64,000 nt of DNA from a virus, in the IMG/VR virus record IMGVR_UViG_3300024054_000269, positions 32,001 to 96,000 of that record. One strand, 5' to 3'. The position numbers and the translations under genes are program-made. Shown here one piece after another: positions 17,316 through 26,568 of the stretch; the stretch's first letter is position 1; each line of letters begins with the position of its first letter. Below the pieces are notes generated by a model that saw only the letters and a list, made by a program, of their open reading frames with translations, was not told the origin of the DNA and did not search any database.

Positions 17316-19251
17316 TAATAACCCATCTTTTTTTACCTAGATCCCAAATTTTGTAATAACCTTGAGCTTCTCTCAATTGAGTTTCAGTTTTTCCGCTTAA
17401 TTTCTCTTCTCCTTTCTTTCTTAGGCTTGATTTATGGTATCTTTTTTTGTTCTTTGTCCAGAAATAGTCAGAGCTAATTAAGCCATCAAATTTAAATCCT
17501 AATTTTTCATAAATTTTACCAGAAAACAATCTATTGTCAGAAAAACTAACTATAGATTTTAAATTATGCTCTAGAACAAACATGTTTAGCAATTTAGTCC
17601 AAATCCCGTGGACTCTGAAATTTGGATGTGAAACCATTCGAACTAATTCATAATCATGTTTAGATTGTCTAGTTGGATTTTTGAATGACATGCACGCAAT
17701 TAATTGATTTTTATACCAAGCGCCATAATTTAATTTTGATTTGGCTTTTCCTATATAATGAAACTGTTCATACAAAAAATCAGCTTCTTGTAATGATGTT
17801 TTACGCAAATCACATTGTTTTGGTCTAATGCTTATCGGTTTAAATTTATTTAACCGATTTTTTACCAAATTTTTTATTGATTCTTTCCTATATTTCCATT
17901 CATCTTCATATACAACCAAATAACTGTAGTCATGTTTAATAGCTAAATCATATTTAATTTTGTCTCGTTTTTTTGATTCTTCTGAACCATGCCACTTTAA
18001 ACCATGAAATTCAATCAATAAATTATTTTTTGGAACAAATATGTCATATTTATATCCAAATGTTTTATACTCAGATTCTACATCAATATTTAATGATTTA
18101 ATAAATTTCATCAATTCGCCCTGCCCAACTGAGAGTGAATTGTTTGATGTACACCCGCATGTTAAAGATTCACCAGTTTTTATTCCATGGAGTCTTGGGT
18201 AGTATATGTTTTTACAAACTTCGCATATAGCTTTAAACGGTTTTGATACTGATGTTATAGTTTCAAGGGCCTCAATACCGCCAAATATTTTTCCAGGTTG
18301 GACTGGGCATTTTAATGATTTTATTGCAATTTGATTTTCTATATACCAATTCTTAATGTTGTTTGAACACTTACCACAAGATTTTGTGTACCCTGAACAT
18401 ACGCTTGTTATACTTATCAATGCTTCATTTCCACAATCACATAACCATTCAATTTTTTTGTCTGAATGCTTCTTTATTGATTGTTGATGTTTGATTCTTA
18501 ATTTACCAAATTTTATCTCTAATGATTGTGTTGCTGAAATTTCGTTACATTTATTACATGTCTTTTTATATCCAGAAAATACTTCTCGTATCTTTAATAA
18601 TTCTTTTCTACCACATTTACAAATAAATAATTCTTTTGAATTTGATACTTTGTTTATTATAGTTTTGTCGCCTACATAAACAAAACTATTTATCTTGTCA
18701 CCATTTTTGATGTTTACTTCTTCACATTTGTTACATGTTGAATTTGGTGAATATCTGTTAAATTTTCTTGTATATGTTTTCCCGCAATTGCATAGGAAAT
18801 CAAATTTTTTATTTGTTCCAGCTGTCCATGAATTTGGTAGATTTTTATCCACCAAATTCGGCAGTTTCAATAGCCAGTCTTCTTTTTTCTTCGACTCATA
18901 ATGTGGTTTAATAATAATTATATTATGTCGTAAACATCCACAACTTTTGATTTTCCCACTCAAAACATGATGAGGTTTAATTAATTTTTCTTTTCCACAA
19001 TCACATTTCCACAAATATTTTTCTGTTAATTTTATTACATCTTCAATGTTGGTAATAAGTTTCAGGCTGTTGAATTTTGTTTGATTTGTTTTTTTCCACA
19101 AAAACAATTTGCATGAACCACAGCTTTTACTAGCTCCAGTTGCGAAATTTGCCCAGTTTGTTTTGAATTTATTACCACAATCGCAAACGAATTCAATTCG
19201 TTGTTTTGAATATTTATTACTTGGCAATTCAGAAGTAATTGGCGTTATCAT
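17296..19251 (-). CDS. Hef-like endonuclease: Zn-ribbon repeats + PD-(D/E)XK + Mom-like GNAT domain (copy 3, paralog of copy 1)
   Basis: About six CxCG...xC units; YDIFVPKNNLLIEFHGLKWH; PTRQSKHDYELVRM...SIVSFSDNRLFSGKIYEKLGF. Confidence 0.75.
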   Translation of the reverse strand: MITPITSELPSNKYSKQRIEFVCDCGNKFKTNWANFATGASKSCGSCKLFLWKKTNQTKFNSLKLITNIEDVIKLTEKYLWKCDCGKEKLIKPHHVLSGKIKSCGCLRHNIIIIKPHYESKKKEDWLLKLPNLVDKNLPNSWTAGTNKKFDFLCNCGKTYTRKFNRYSPNSTCNKCEEVNIKNGDKINSFVYVGDKTIINKVSNSKELFICKCGRKELLKIREVFSGYKKTCNKCNEISATQSLEIKFGKLRIKHQQSIKKHSDKKIEWLCDCGNEALISITSVCSGYTKSCGKCSNNIKNWYIENQIAIKSLKCPVQPGKIFGGIEALETITSVSKPFKAICEVCKNIYYPRLHGIKTGESLTCGCTSNNSLSVGQGELMKFIKSLNIDVESEYKTFGYKYDIFVPKNNLLIEFHGLKWHGSEESKKRDKIKYDLAIKHDYSYLVVYEDEWKYRKESIKNLVKNRLNKFKPISIRPKQCDLRKTSLQEADFLYEQFHYIGKAKSKLNYGAWYKNQLIACMSFKNPTRQSKHDYELVRMVSHPNFRVHGIWTKLLNMFVLEHNLKSIVSFSDNRLFSGKIYEKLGFKFDGLISSDYFWTKNKKRYHKSSLRKKGEEKLSGKTETQLREAQGYYKIWDLGKKRWVINVENKN

Positions 19252-19370
19252 AATTCATAAATCTTACAATACAAGAAACTCAACATGTTGTTCGAATGTA
19301 TCAATTATACTATGAATACTATTTAACAATACGTTCTTTATTGAGTTCTCTTAAGTAAGGAAACTAAGAA

Positions 19371-20045
19371 ATGGCAAGAGTAAGTGATGGATACATATAC
19401 AGGCGGGGTTCTTCACCGAACACAAAGGTAGCCATTTCGCAGAAAAACCGTGTATTTTCAATTCCATTCCAACAAAATTCATTTAAACAAATTGGTGTGC
19501 TATCTACGTTTGATTGGTCAGAGTCAAGAGCTGTTGATCCAGTGAGAGGCGTCGGATTCGGTGACAAGATTCAGGAATTAGTTCCTGGTGTCACTGAGCC
19601 AATGACGCTTACTTTAAACCGAACTCTTTTGTACACTGCTTCTATTGCACAAGAAGTTGGATACGCTGGTGGAGTTGACGGACTTGTCAGATCTTTGCGT
19701 CAGCATAAATGGCCATTTGATATTAGATCAGAATTAGTTTTTTCTGAATTAATCAGCCAAGGTGCTGAATTTCAAAATGTTTTGGTTCAAACCCCCGGTT
19801 CTGATGGTGGGTTTGCACTTATTACTAGATATGAAGCTTGTTGGCTTAACTCAATTTCAGCTAGTTTTCCTTCTGACTCAGCCATAGTTGTTGAAGATGC
19901 CTCAGCAACATGTACGGATGTGCTTGACGGATTGCCCAGTTTCTATGGTCCAGGGCCACTTGATTATGGTGACAATCTTGAGTCTGGTAATAATCCGTTC
20001 AACACTGCTAATGGTGGTGGGTCGGCCCTTTTCACCGGAGCTTAA
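19371..20045 (+). CDS. Tail tube protein
   Basis: 224 aa beta-rich (IGVLSTFDWSESRAVDPVRGVG...ELVPG...LTLNRT...RYEACWLNSISASF); located before the chaperones and tape measure. Confidence 0.8.
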   Translation: MARVSDGYIYRRGSSPNTKVAISQKNRVFSIPFQQNSFKQIGVLSTFDWSESRAVDPVRGVGFGDKIQELVPGVTEPMTLTLNRTLLYTASIAQEVGYAGGVDGLVRSLRQHKWPFDIRSELVFSELISQGAEFQNVLVQTPGSDGGFALITRYEACWLNSISASFPSDSAIVVEDASATCTDVLDGLPSFYGPGPLDYGDNLESGNNPFNTANGGGSALFTGA

Positions 20046-20142
20046 TTAAAACTATTTTAATTGTAAATACCAAGGCTATGGTATGGTTAGCCAGAGGCTG
20101 GTTAGTATCTGTCTGGCGATCCAAAGACCGGAGCAATGAATT

Positions 20143-21108
20143 ATGGACGAAGATTTTCTTGTTGAATTAGATAACAAATTAGCAAACATAGGTTATGAAA
20201 CTGTTTGGAAGGTGGAAATTGGCGGTCATTTGATTTGGCTGTCTCCTCCGTCTCAAACTGAAAATATGAAAATTAATGAGACTATGACAAATCAGTCTCT
20301 TGGTATTCATATTTTGTCTGAAGTTAAACGCACAACTCTTTCATATGTAATAGTTGGTCTTGATGATATAGATTTTCGTCAACATGATAAATATGGACCA
20401 TTCCCATCAAAGAAAGACGGGAAACCAACTTATCTGTCAAGAGACAGATATATGTATGCAAAATTAGCAAATTGGCCAGCTCAAATGATTGATGATATAT
20501 TTTCAGTTTTCACCGATCTTATGACAAGTTATGAAATAGAAAATTTGAAAAATATTGAATTTAAGAATAAAAAGAGTCAACTTGAGGAACTTGAGGAACT
20601 TGAGATAAGGATCCAGAACATCAGAGCTGAGCTTGGCATGCCAAGGTTGATTGAAGCAACTGATGAACCTACTAAACAAGAGAAAAAAGCTGCAGAAGAG
20701 GCAGAAAAAGAATTTGAAGAAGAGTTAGAGGCTGAGGTGCTTAAGGCGCAAGAAGAAGCGCAAGAAGATACCGAAGAGGCGCAAGAAGATACCGAAGAGG
20801 CGCAAGAAGAGGTTGTTGAGATAAAGCCCGTTGCCCCAAGAATTGTTCCGCCAACCCAAGATCACCCAAAGCCTAAAATAGAGGATGTTGATCCAAAGGT
20901 TGCTCAACGTGCTCGTGAATTAGCTCAAATTGAAAGTGCGCCAGTTAGAGTAAGCGATGGCAAACAAGTTTATGTTGGTATGCCATCTGTTTCGAATGAA
21001 ACAATTGAAAAGAAGTCACAAGATAAACTTGATCCAAAGAAGATAGTAATAGACGCTCCGCCGCAAGGCGGTAGAAACCCGCGTTTCCAACCACCACCTA
21101 AGATTTAA
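20143..21108 (+). CDS. Putative tail assembly chaperone 1
   Basis: Position between tube and tape measure; acidic; low-complexity C-terminal half. Confidence 0.55.
   Translation: MDEDFLVELDNKLANIGYETVWKVEIGGHLIWLSPPSQTENMKINETMTNQSLGIHILSEVKRTTLSYVIVGLDDIDFRQHDKYGPFPSKKDGKPTYLSRDRYMYAKLANWPAQMIDDIFSVFTDLMTSYEIENLKNIEFKNKKSQLEELEELEIRIQNIRAELGMPRLIEATDEPTKQEKKAAEEAEKEFEEELEAEVLKAQEEAQEDTEEAQEDTEEAQEEVVEIKPVAPRIVPPTQDHPKPKIEDVDPKVAQRARELAQIESAPVRVSDGKQVYVGMPSVSNETIEKKSQDKLDPKKIVIDAPPQGGRNPRFQPPPKI
20758..20810 (+). repeat. 21-bp in-frame tandem repeat (AQEDTEE) x2.5
   Basis: GCGCAAGAAGATACCGAAGAG at 20758 and 20779, partial at 20800. Confidence 0.85.
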
Positions 21109-21111
21109 TTC

Positions 21112-22260
21112 ATGAACAATGGGCAAAGCGTCAAACCTGAACAGGAGCAAGATAATAAAAAAATAAAAATAAGTATACCTGAACAATATAAAAGGAATCT
21201 TGATGAATCAGTTTGGGAAGAATTAGAAGAATATTTATTCACTGGCTTTTTAACTAGCCAAGCTTACATAGCTGGTAATAGTTTTGTTTTCAAAACACTG
21301 AATTGGTATGAATCAAATTTTATTAATTATTTGAAACCTGCAAAAGAATCTGCAATAGAACAAAAGCTTCATTTTCAAGCTTCGTTTATAGCACACAGCA
21401 TTTTCATAACTGAAGGTGAAAATGTTTTATTTGACAGGCCTAACCATATACGTCGTCTTATAAATATAATTAAGAAAATTCCAACTTCATTCCAAAATGA
21501 GATTATTTTGAATCTTTCTTACATAAATAAAAAAGCTGTTAGGTTATATCCATTAGTTGAAGTTTATGTTCATGAAAATAAATCTAGATTAAAATGGCTT
21601 CAACTAAAAAATCTACCAATTCATTCACCACAATCTACCGGAATTTCAGGAACTGAACATTTGGGAATGAATCTATGCCAATCAACTTGGGTCGCTTTAA
21701 ATAGACTGATTGACATCAAAGATGAATCTGAACGTGACTGGAATAACGCAAAATTTGTGGGTTCATGCTTTGCAAAAGGCGTAAGAAGTATAGACCAACA
21801 AGATAAACAACAGAAAGACATAGAACGCCAAAAACTTGAAGATTTAAAAATTGAAGTTCTTTACAAATATTTAAACAGGATAGATGATGATAAATCAATG
21901 CCAAAACAGGTTTCTCTTCCTGACGGCAGAACAGCTGAAGTTGTTGAGGAAAAGCGTGCCCAAACAGTTGATGAATTAGCTGAGCAATTACAAAATGCAT
22001 TAAATGAAGAAAAAGATCATCACGATATTGTTATTGGACACACGATTGAAAAAATCAAACAACGTGCTAAATTGATAGATAAAAATCGACAGGCTATCCA
22101 GTCTGGAATGATAACAAATCCTGAAGGCGGAACTAAAATTATTGGTGGTCGTGTCGAGGCACAAGAAGTTATAGACAGAATAAAGAAAGCACGTCTTGAA
22201 TCAATACAGGCACATTATAGAAATCATACACCGAATTTAGAAGATATTGATAAACTTTAG
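21112..22260 (+). CDS. Putative tail assembly chaperone 2
   Basis: Immediately upstream of the tape measure; 382 aa; inferred from synteny. Confidence 0.5.
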   Translation: MNNGQSVKPEQEQDNKKIKISIPEQYKRNLDESVWEELEEYLFTGFLTSQAYIAGNSFVFKTLNWYESNFINYLKPAKESAIEQKLHFQASFIAHSIFITEGENVLFDRPNHIRRLINIIKKIPTSFQNEIILNLSYINKKAVRLYPLVEVYVHENKSRLKWLQLKNLPIHSPQSTGISGTEHLGMNLCQSTWVALNRLIDIKDESERDWNNAKFVGSCFAKGVRSIDQQDKQQKDIERQKLEDLKIEVLYKYLNRIDDDKSMPKQVSLPDGRTAEVVEEKRAQTVDELAEQLQNALNEEKDHHDIVIGHTIEKIKQRAKLIDKNRQAIQSGMITNPEGGTKIIGGRVEAQEVIDRIKKARLESIQAHYRNHTPNLEDIDKL

Positions 22261-22271
22261 AAAGGTGAACA

Positions 22272-25200
22272 ATGCCTATCAGAGACGAAAAGACGAACGT
22301 CACATTAGGTGTTAAACCAACAATTGTTGGTGAAAAAGAATTCGTCAAAGATGTAAAAGATTTACTTAAAAAAACTGGTAAGCTTCAAATTTCGATGAAG
22401 CAAATCGCCGGTCGATCCCAGGCGGCGTTTAAAGAAATATCACATTTAAGTGATGTAGCAGATGAATTCGGGAGAAATTTATCAAGGGCTGCCAAAGATA
22501 GCGTTGAAGAATTTAAAGATTTAGGAAAACAATTACAAGAAGCAGCCGAAGCAGCAGAGGAAGCAATAGAGATTGCCAAGTCGGCGGGCGATGTTGAGTC
22601 TGCAAAAGCCGCAGCTGAGTCAGTTTCAAAACTAAATGAATTAACAAAACAATATGATCTACAGAAAAAAGCTTCCCAATCACAATTAAGAGAAGTTCAA
22701 AAAGTAGTTAAATCATATAAAGAATTTTCAAACCAACTTGAAGGTTTTGCAAAATTTAAAGGAACCGACATGGTTAAAGGCTTAGGCGAAGGTCTAAGCG
22801 TAGCCATGAAAAGCCCGATGCAGGGCATTACTAAGATGCTTTCTGCAGCCGGTAAAGGTGCAACCGGTGTTGCTGCTCGTGGTGCGCTTTCCGGTATGGA
22901 AGGCGGCATTTCCCAAATGGGAATGATGGCGAAAATGTCTGGCCAGCTTGCAACAGCGGCTGGCGCTGTTGCAGGTGCAGCCGCTGGTATTGGGGTTCTT
23001 TGGAAAGTTTTAGAGGCTGTTAGTGACAACATATCAAAAATGAATAAAGCGTTAACTGAAGGAATTGCATTAGCTGGTGATTGGGGAGGAACAATTGCCA
23101 CAGCTGAGCGTTATTCAGAAGCATTGCAGAGTATGAGAAATGTTGCTTATGAAAATGAAATGGAATTTAGAAAGTTAGGATCAAGCGGTGAAGGTGCGTT
23201 AAAGGCTATTAGTGTTTTTGCTAAAGAATCAACTGGATCATTAATACAAACACATGATGCTTTATTGCAAATGGGCAAAGGTGAAGCTGGAATCAAAAAA
23301 TTTGCGACAAGCGCAATGTTGTATGGGAAGGCTCTTGGAATTACTACCGAAGAAGTTGCTCAAACGATGGGTACTTGGGTTAGTGAATTTGGTGTTGGTT
23401 CAAATCGTGTTCTTGAAATTATGGGCTCGGTTGCCGGTGCAGCCCGCGATTCTAGTATGCCTGTCCATAAATTTATGGATATATTCAGACAAGTGACGCC
23501 TCATTTAGATTTGTTCTCAAATCGAATTGAACAATTAACTGGAACAATCAAATTACTTAGTAAAAATATGAGTCCTGGTCAAGTCAGGCAATTTATGGAC
23601 GCCTTCGCAAAAGGTTTTAAAGGCGTTGATTTTAGACAGAGACTAAAAACCGCATTCATGGCCGGACCGGGCTTTGTCAGCTCTCAATTAGCAAAAGATT
23701 TTAGTGGTGCTGCCAAAGACATGGGCAAATCATTTGAAAAATACGGTTTAAAGCCCGGTGAATTTGAAGAAGCATTTAAGTCTGGTGGTGAAAAATTTTC
23801 AAAAACAATAGCAAAGTTGAAAGCTGGTGGTGCTGAAGGAGCCGAGATAGGAAGAGCGCTTGAAACTAGGAAATATGAACAAATAAGGAGAAAAGGTGAT
23901 GTTCTTAGCATAACAACGGCTATGAAAAAAGCCGGCATGGTGTCAACATTTATGATTTTGAAAAAACAAGCAGCTTTTACTGGGACCGGGTTATCTGGTC
24001 TTGGTGAACACGTTATGGATCAAATGGGAATATCAAAAGAACAACAAGAATCAATGTTACAAATGGAAGCTTCTCTTGATCAAATGAGAAGCGAAATAAG
24101 AGACACTGGGTTAACAACAAATAAATCAGTGAATGATCAATTAATATTGGCAGCTGCACAAAAAACAGGTATAAAAGGCATTGAAAAAATGTCGGCTGAA
24201 GACATAAGAAAGAATCCTCAGCTTTTCGCAAAAGTTGAACAAGCAATTAAAACATTGACAGACGAAGAAATTTTACGTGCATCTGATCTAGTAAAAGAAA
24301 CTGAGGAATCTAAAACAACTTTGGAAGATGTTGCACTTAAACAATATAATGAAACCAGAACATTATCAGAAAAAGTTGATGATGTTATATCAGCTTTAAT
24401 GTCAAAAATTTATCCGCATTTAGAATTTATTGTTAAGGGTGTTGAAGATATTCTTAATTGGCTTATGACTGGAGTATTTGGAGCAGATACTAGAAAGAAA
24501 CAAAAAGAAGTGCAAGAAATGAATGCAAGATTCCAAAAAGATTTTTCTGATTTTACAACTGCAACTGGTGATGTTGTGTCGAGAGCCGGTCAAAGAGAAC
24601 AATTCGATGTTGTATCAAGAGCAATTGTTAAAGGCATGGCGGCCGGTAAAACTGGATCAGAGTTAGGAAAACATTTAGAACAGTCTGGTGTATTTGATCA
24701 AGTTGATTTTAGTAAAGAAGGCAAAGAAACAATTCGAAAAGAAATGGCTTCTCTTGCTAAAGAGAAGGGCATAAAAGATGCTGATTGGGAGAAAGGGATG
24801 GGGGAAGCAATCAAGGAGGGTGACATAGGAAAGTTGTTAGAAATATTAGGTAAAACATTTGGACCAGATGCTGGTGAAGCCTTCATGAGGTTAGCAAAAG
24901 TTGGTGGCATTAGCACAGAAGCAAAAAAGAAAATCGAAGCCAGAACAGTTGAAAAAAGAGAAGTTAAAGGCCCCGGGACTATGGCCGCTGAAGCAAGATT
25001 AAAGAAACTAGACACAGAGTTGGCTGGCGTGAAAGATATAGACCCAGAATGGATTAAAAGAGCTGGCGGTGATAGAGCGCTTGCAGCTAAACAAAGAAAA
25101 GTTGCACTATTAGCGGAAAAACAGGCGTTAGAATCTGGAAAATCCGTTAAAGAAGCTGAAAAAATGGGTGCAGAAGCAGCTGAAGGCGTTACAACTGCTA

Positions 25201-25838
25201 GTCAAGCAGATGCACAAATTGCTAATTTAGAAGAACAAAATAAAAAAGCAGAAGAAGAAGGAAAGAAATCAGCTAAGAATCTTGAACTTACAAAGAAGGA
25301 AGAAAAAGCCGTAACGCACATGGATACTTTGATGACATCTAAAGGAATCAAACTTGAGCCTGCTGATACTGGAAAAATTTTTGAAAATGCAATGTATAAA
25401 GCCATAAGCCGCGGCCTTATGGAGTTTACGGTCATTCTGGCTTCAATGTGGGACGATAAAGCCGTTAGAGAAAAATTGGCTAGTGACAAAGCATTTCACG
25501 CCACTAGAGAAGGAGCTTCACTAGGAGATTTAATTAAATCAGCATCTGGTGCTACAGACATTGCATCTTGGGACGATACTAGATGGGATAAATTTATAAA
25601 AGAAGTTGGTGCTGCTGGCAAACAGCTTGGTACACCAGGCCCGATCGAAACTAAAACCGGACTTGCCTTGTTGCATCGTGGTGAAAAGGTTCTTACGGCT
25701 GCTGAGGCTGCTGGATACAATGCTGGTGGAGGAAGCCCAACAATAATAAACAATACAATTATAGTAAAAGGAACGAGCCCGATGGCAATAGCTTCAGAAG
25801 TCAAAAGACAGATGTCAGAATCAGCTAGGAGACATTAA
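22272..25838 (+). CDS. Tape measure protein
   Basis: 1188 aa, Ala/Gly/Lys/Glu-rich helical; C-terminal LALLHRGEKVLT motif typical of TMP ends. Confidence 0.85.
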   Translation: MPIRDEKTNVTLGVKPTIVGEKEFVKDVKDLLKKTGKLQISMKQIAGRSQAAFKEISHLSDVADEFGRNLSRAAKDSVEEFKDLGKQLQEAAEAAEEAIEIAKSAGDVESAKAAAESVSKLNELTKQYDLQKKASQSQLREVQKVVKSYKEFSNQLEGFAKFKGTDMVKGLGEGLSVAMKSPMQGITKMLSAAGKGATGVAARGALSGMEGGISQMGMMAKMSGQLATAAGAVAGAAAGIGVLWKVLEAVSDNISKMNKALTEGIALAGDWGGTIATAERYSEALQSMRNVAYENEMEFRKLGSSGEGALKAISVFAKESTGSLIQTHDALLQMGKGEAGIKKFATSAMLYGKALGITTEEVAQTMGTWVSEFGVGSNRVLEIMGSVAGAARDSSMPVHKFMDIFRQVTPHLDLFSNRIEQLTGTIKLLSKNMSPGQVRQFMDAFAKGFKGVDFRQRLKTAFMAGPGFVSSQLAKDFSGAAKDMGKSFEKYGLKPGEFEEAFKSGGEKFSKTIAKLKAGGAEGAEIGRALETRKYEQIRRKGDVLSITTAMKKAGMVSTFMILKKQAAFTGTGLSGLGEHVMDQMGISKEQQESMLQMEASLDQMRSEIRDTGLTTNKSVNDQLILAAAQKTGIKGIEKMSAEDIRKNPQLFAKVEQAIKTLTDEEILRASDLVKETEESKTTLEDVALKQYNETRTLSEKVDDVISALMSKIYPHLEFIVKGVEDILNWLMTGVFGADTRKKQKEVQEMNARFQKDFSDFTTATGDVVSRAGQREQFDVVSRAIVKGMAAGKTGSELGKHLEQSGVFDQVDFSKEGKETIRKEMASLAKEKGIKDADWEKGMGEAIKEGDIGKLLEILGKTFGPDAGEAFMRLAKVGGISTEAKKKIEARTVEKREVKGPGTMAAEARLKKLDTELAGVKDIDPEWIKRAGGDRALAAKQRKVALLAEKQALESGKSVKEAEKMGAEAAEGVTTASQADAQIANLEEQNKKAEEEGKKSAKNLELTKKEEKAVTHMDTLMTSKGIKLEPADTGKIFENAMYKAISRGLMEFTVILASMWDDKAVREKLASDKAFHATREGASLGDLIKSASGATDIASWDDTRWDKFIKEVGAAGKQLGTPGPIETKTGLALLHRGEKVLTAAEAAGYNAGGGSPTIINNTIIVKGTSPMAIASEVKRQMSESARRH

Positions 25839-26566
25839 TGCCGGCCGGTCTTAACCGCGTCCAAATTCCATACAACAAAAATCCGGAAGTTGGTAAATCT
25901 GCATTCTCGGAGAGACGCGGAAGACCGTTTTTATTTTTAATCCGTGATCCAAACGGTCAACCAGCTTTTGATGTTGCTCTAGCATTACATACAAACCCAA
26001 ATACGTTAAGTGAGAAAATGACAAAAGCCAAATCTGTTGTTATGACATATGGTGGGTTTGTTGAATTTCTTTGGCCAGACGAACTTGATGTTATAACAGC
26101 TTCCCACACAACTGGCGCTTTTCTTGGCGCCCATGGTTTAGTTTCTGGATTTGATAGTTTGATTCCGGCTGAAAATGACGCCGATAGAAAAAACACAATT
26201 GCGTGGGAACGACAACAAGATTTGCTTGAAATTTTTAGAAATAACGGTTTAATTTATGATGGGTTCGGAAAGCCAGTTTTACGCGGAACTGTTGAGATGA
26301 TTTATGACCGCGGAATTTTTAGAGGTTATTTCACAACTTTTTCAGTTGGTGAAGAAAGCATGTCTCAATTTTCTTTTAATTTGGATTGGGAGTTTAAAGT
26401 TGAACAAGCTATCTATAAATTCCCACCATTTAGATCAGATGATGCTGAAACGACTTTGACGGTTCCGGCTGGAATTCCAGCAGCCAATGAAATTCCACCG
26501 GCAACTGACGCCGGTGTTGTGTCTGGTGGCAGAATTGTATTTCCACCTGGCGTTGTTGGAGAATAA
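25838..26566 (+). CDS. Tail-tube initiator / baseplate protein (T4 gp48/gp54-like position)
   Basis: TAATG coupling to the TMP; LHTNPNTLSE...WPDELDVITAS...GYFTTFSVGE...FNLDWEFKV tube-like fold. Confidence 0.6.
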   Translation: MPAGLNRVQIPYNKNPEVGKSAFSERRGRPFLFLIRDPNGQPAFDVALALHTNPNTLSEKMTKAKSVVMTYGGFVEFLWPDELDVITASHTTGAFLGAHGLVSGFDSLIPAENDADRKNTIAWERQQDLLEIFRNNGLIYDGFGKPVLRGTVEMIYDRGIFRGYFTTFSVGEESMSQFSFNLDWEFKVEQAIYKFPPFRSDDAETTLTVPAGIPAANEIPPATDAGVVSGGRIVFPPGVVGE

Positions 26567-26568
26567 CG

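Larger units (their letters stand above)
9330..19370. mobile_element. ~10-kb accessory island between sheath and tube, with Hef-like endonuclease genes at both ends
   Basis: About 12 non-tail ORFs interrupt the normally adjacent sheath-tube pair; TTTATTGA at both borders (9345, 19337); no integrase or transposase seen. Confidence 0.4.

Noticed and set aside
2684-19251. Endonuclease genes as group I/II intron ORFs
   Set aside because: The flanking genes (FmdB, sheath, tube) have complete termini, and there is no room for a ribozyme core.
20046-20142. Possible structured RNA after the tube gene (AGCC-AGA-GGCT stem)
   Set aside because: Only four Watson-Crick pairs plus G-U wobbles; too weak to call.
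21090-21115. Programmed frameshift between the tail chaperones (lambda G/GT type)
   Set aside because: No X XXY YYZ slippery heptamer before the stop, and the second ORF has its own ATG.
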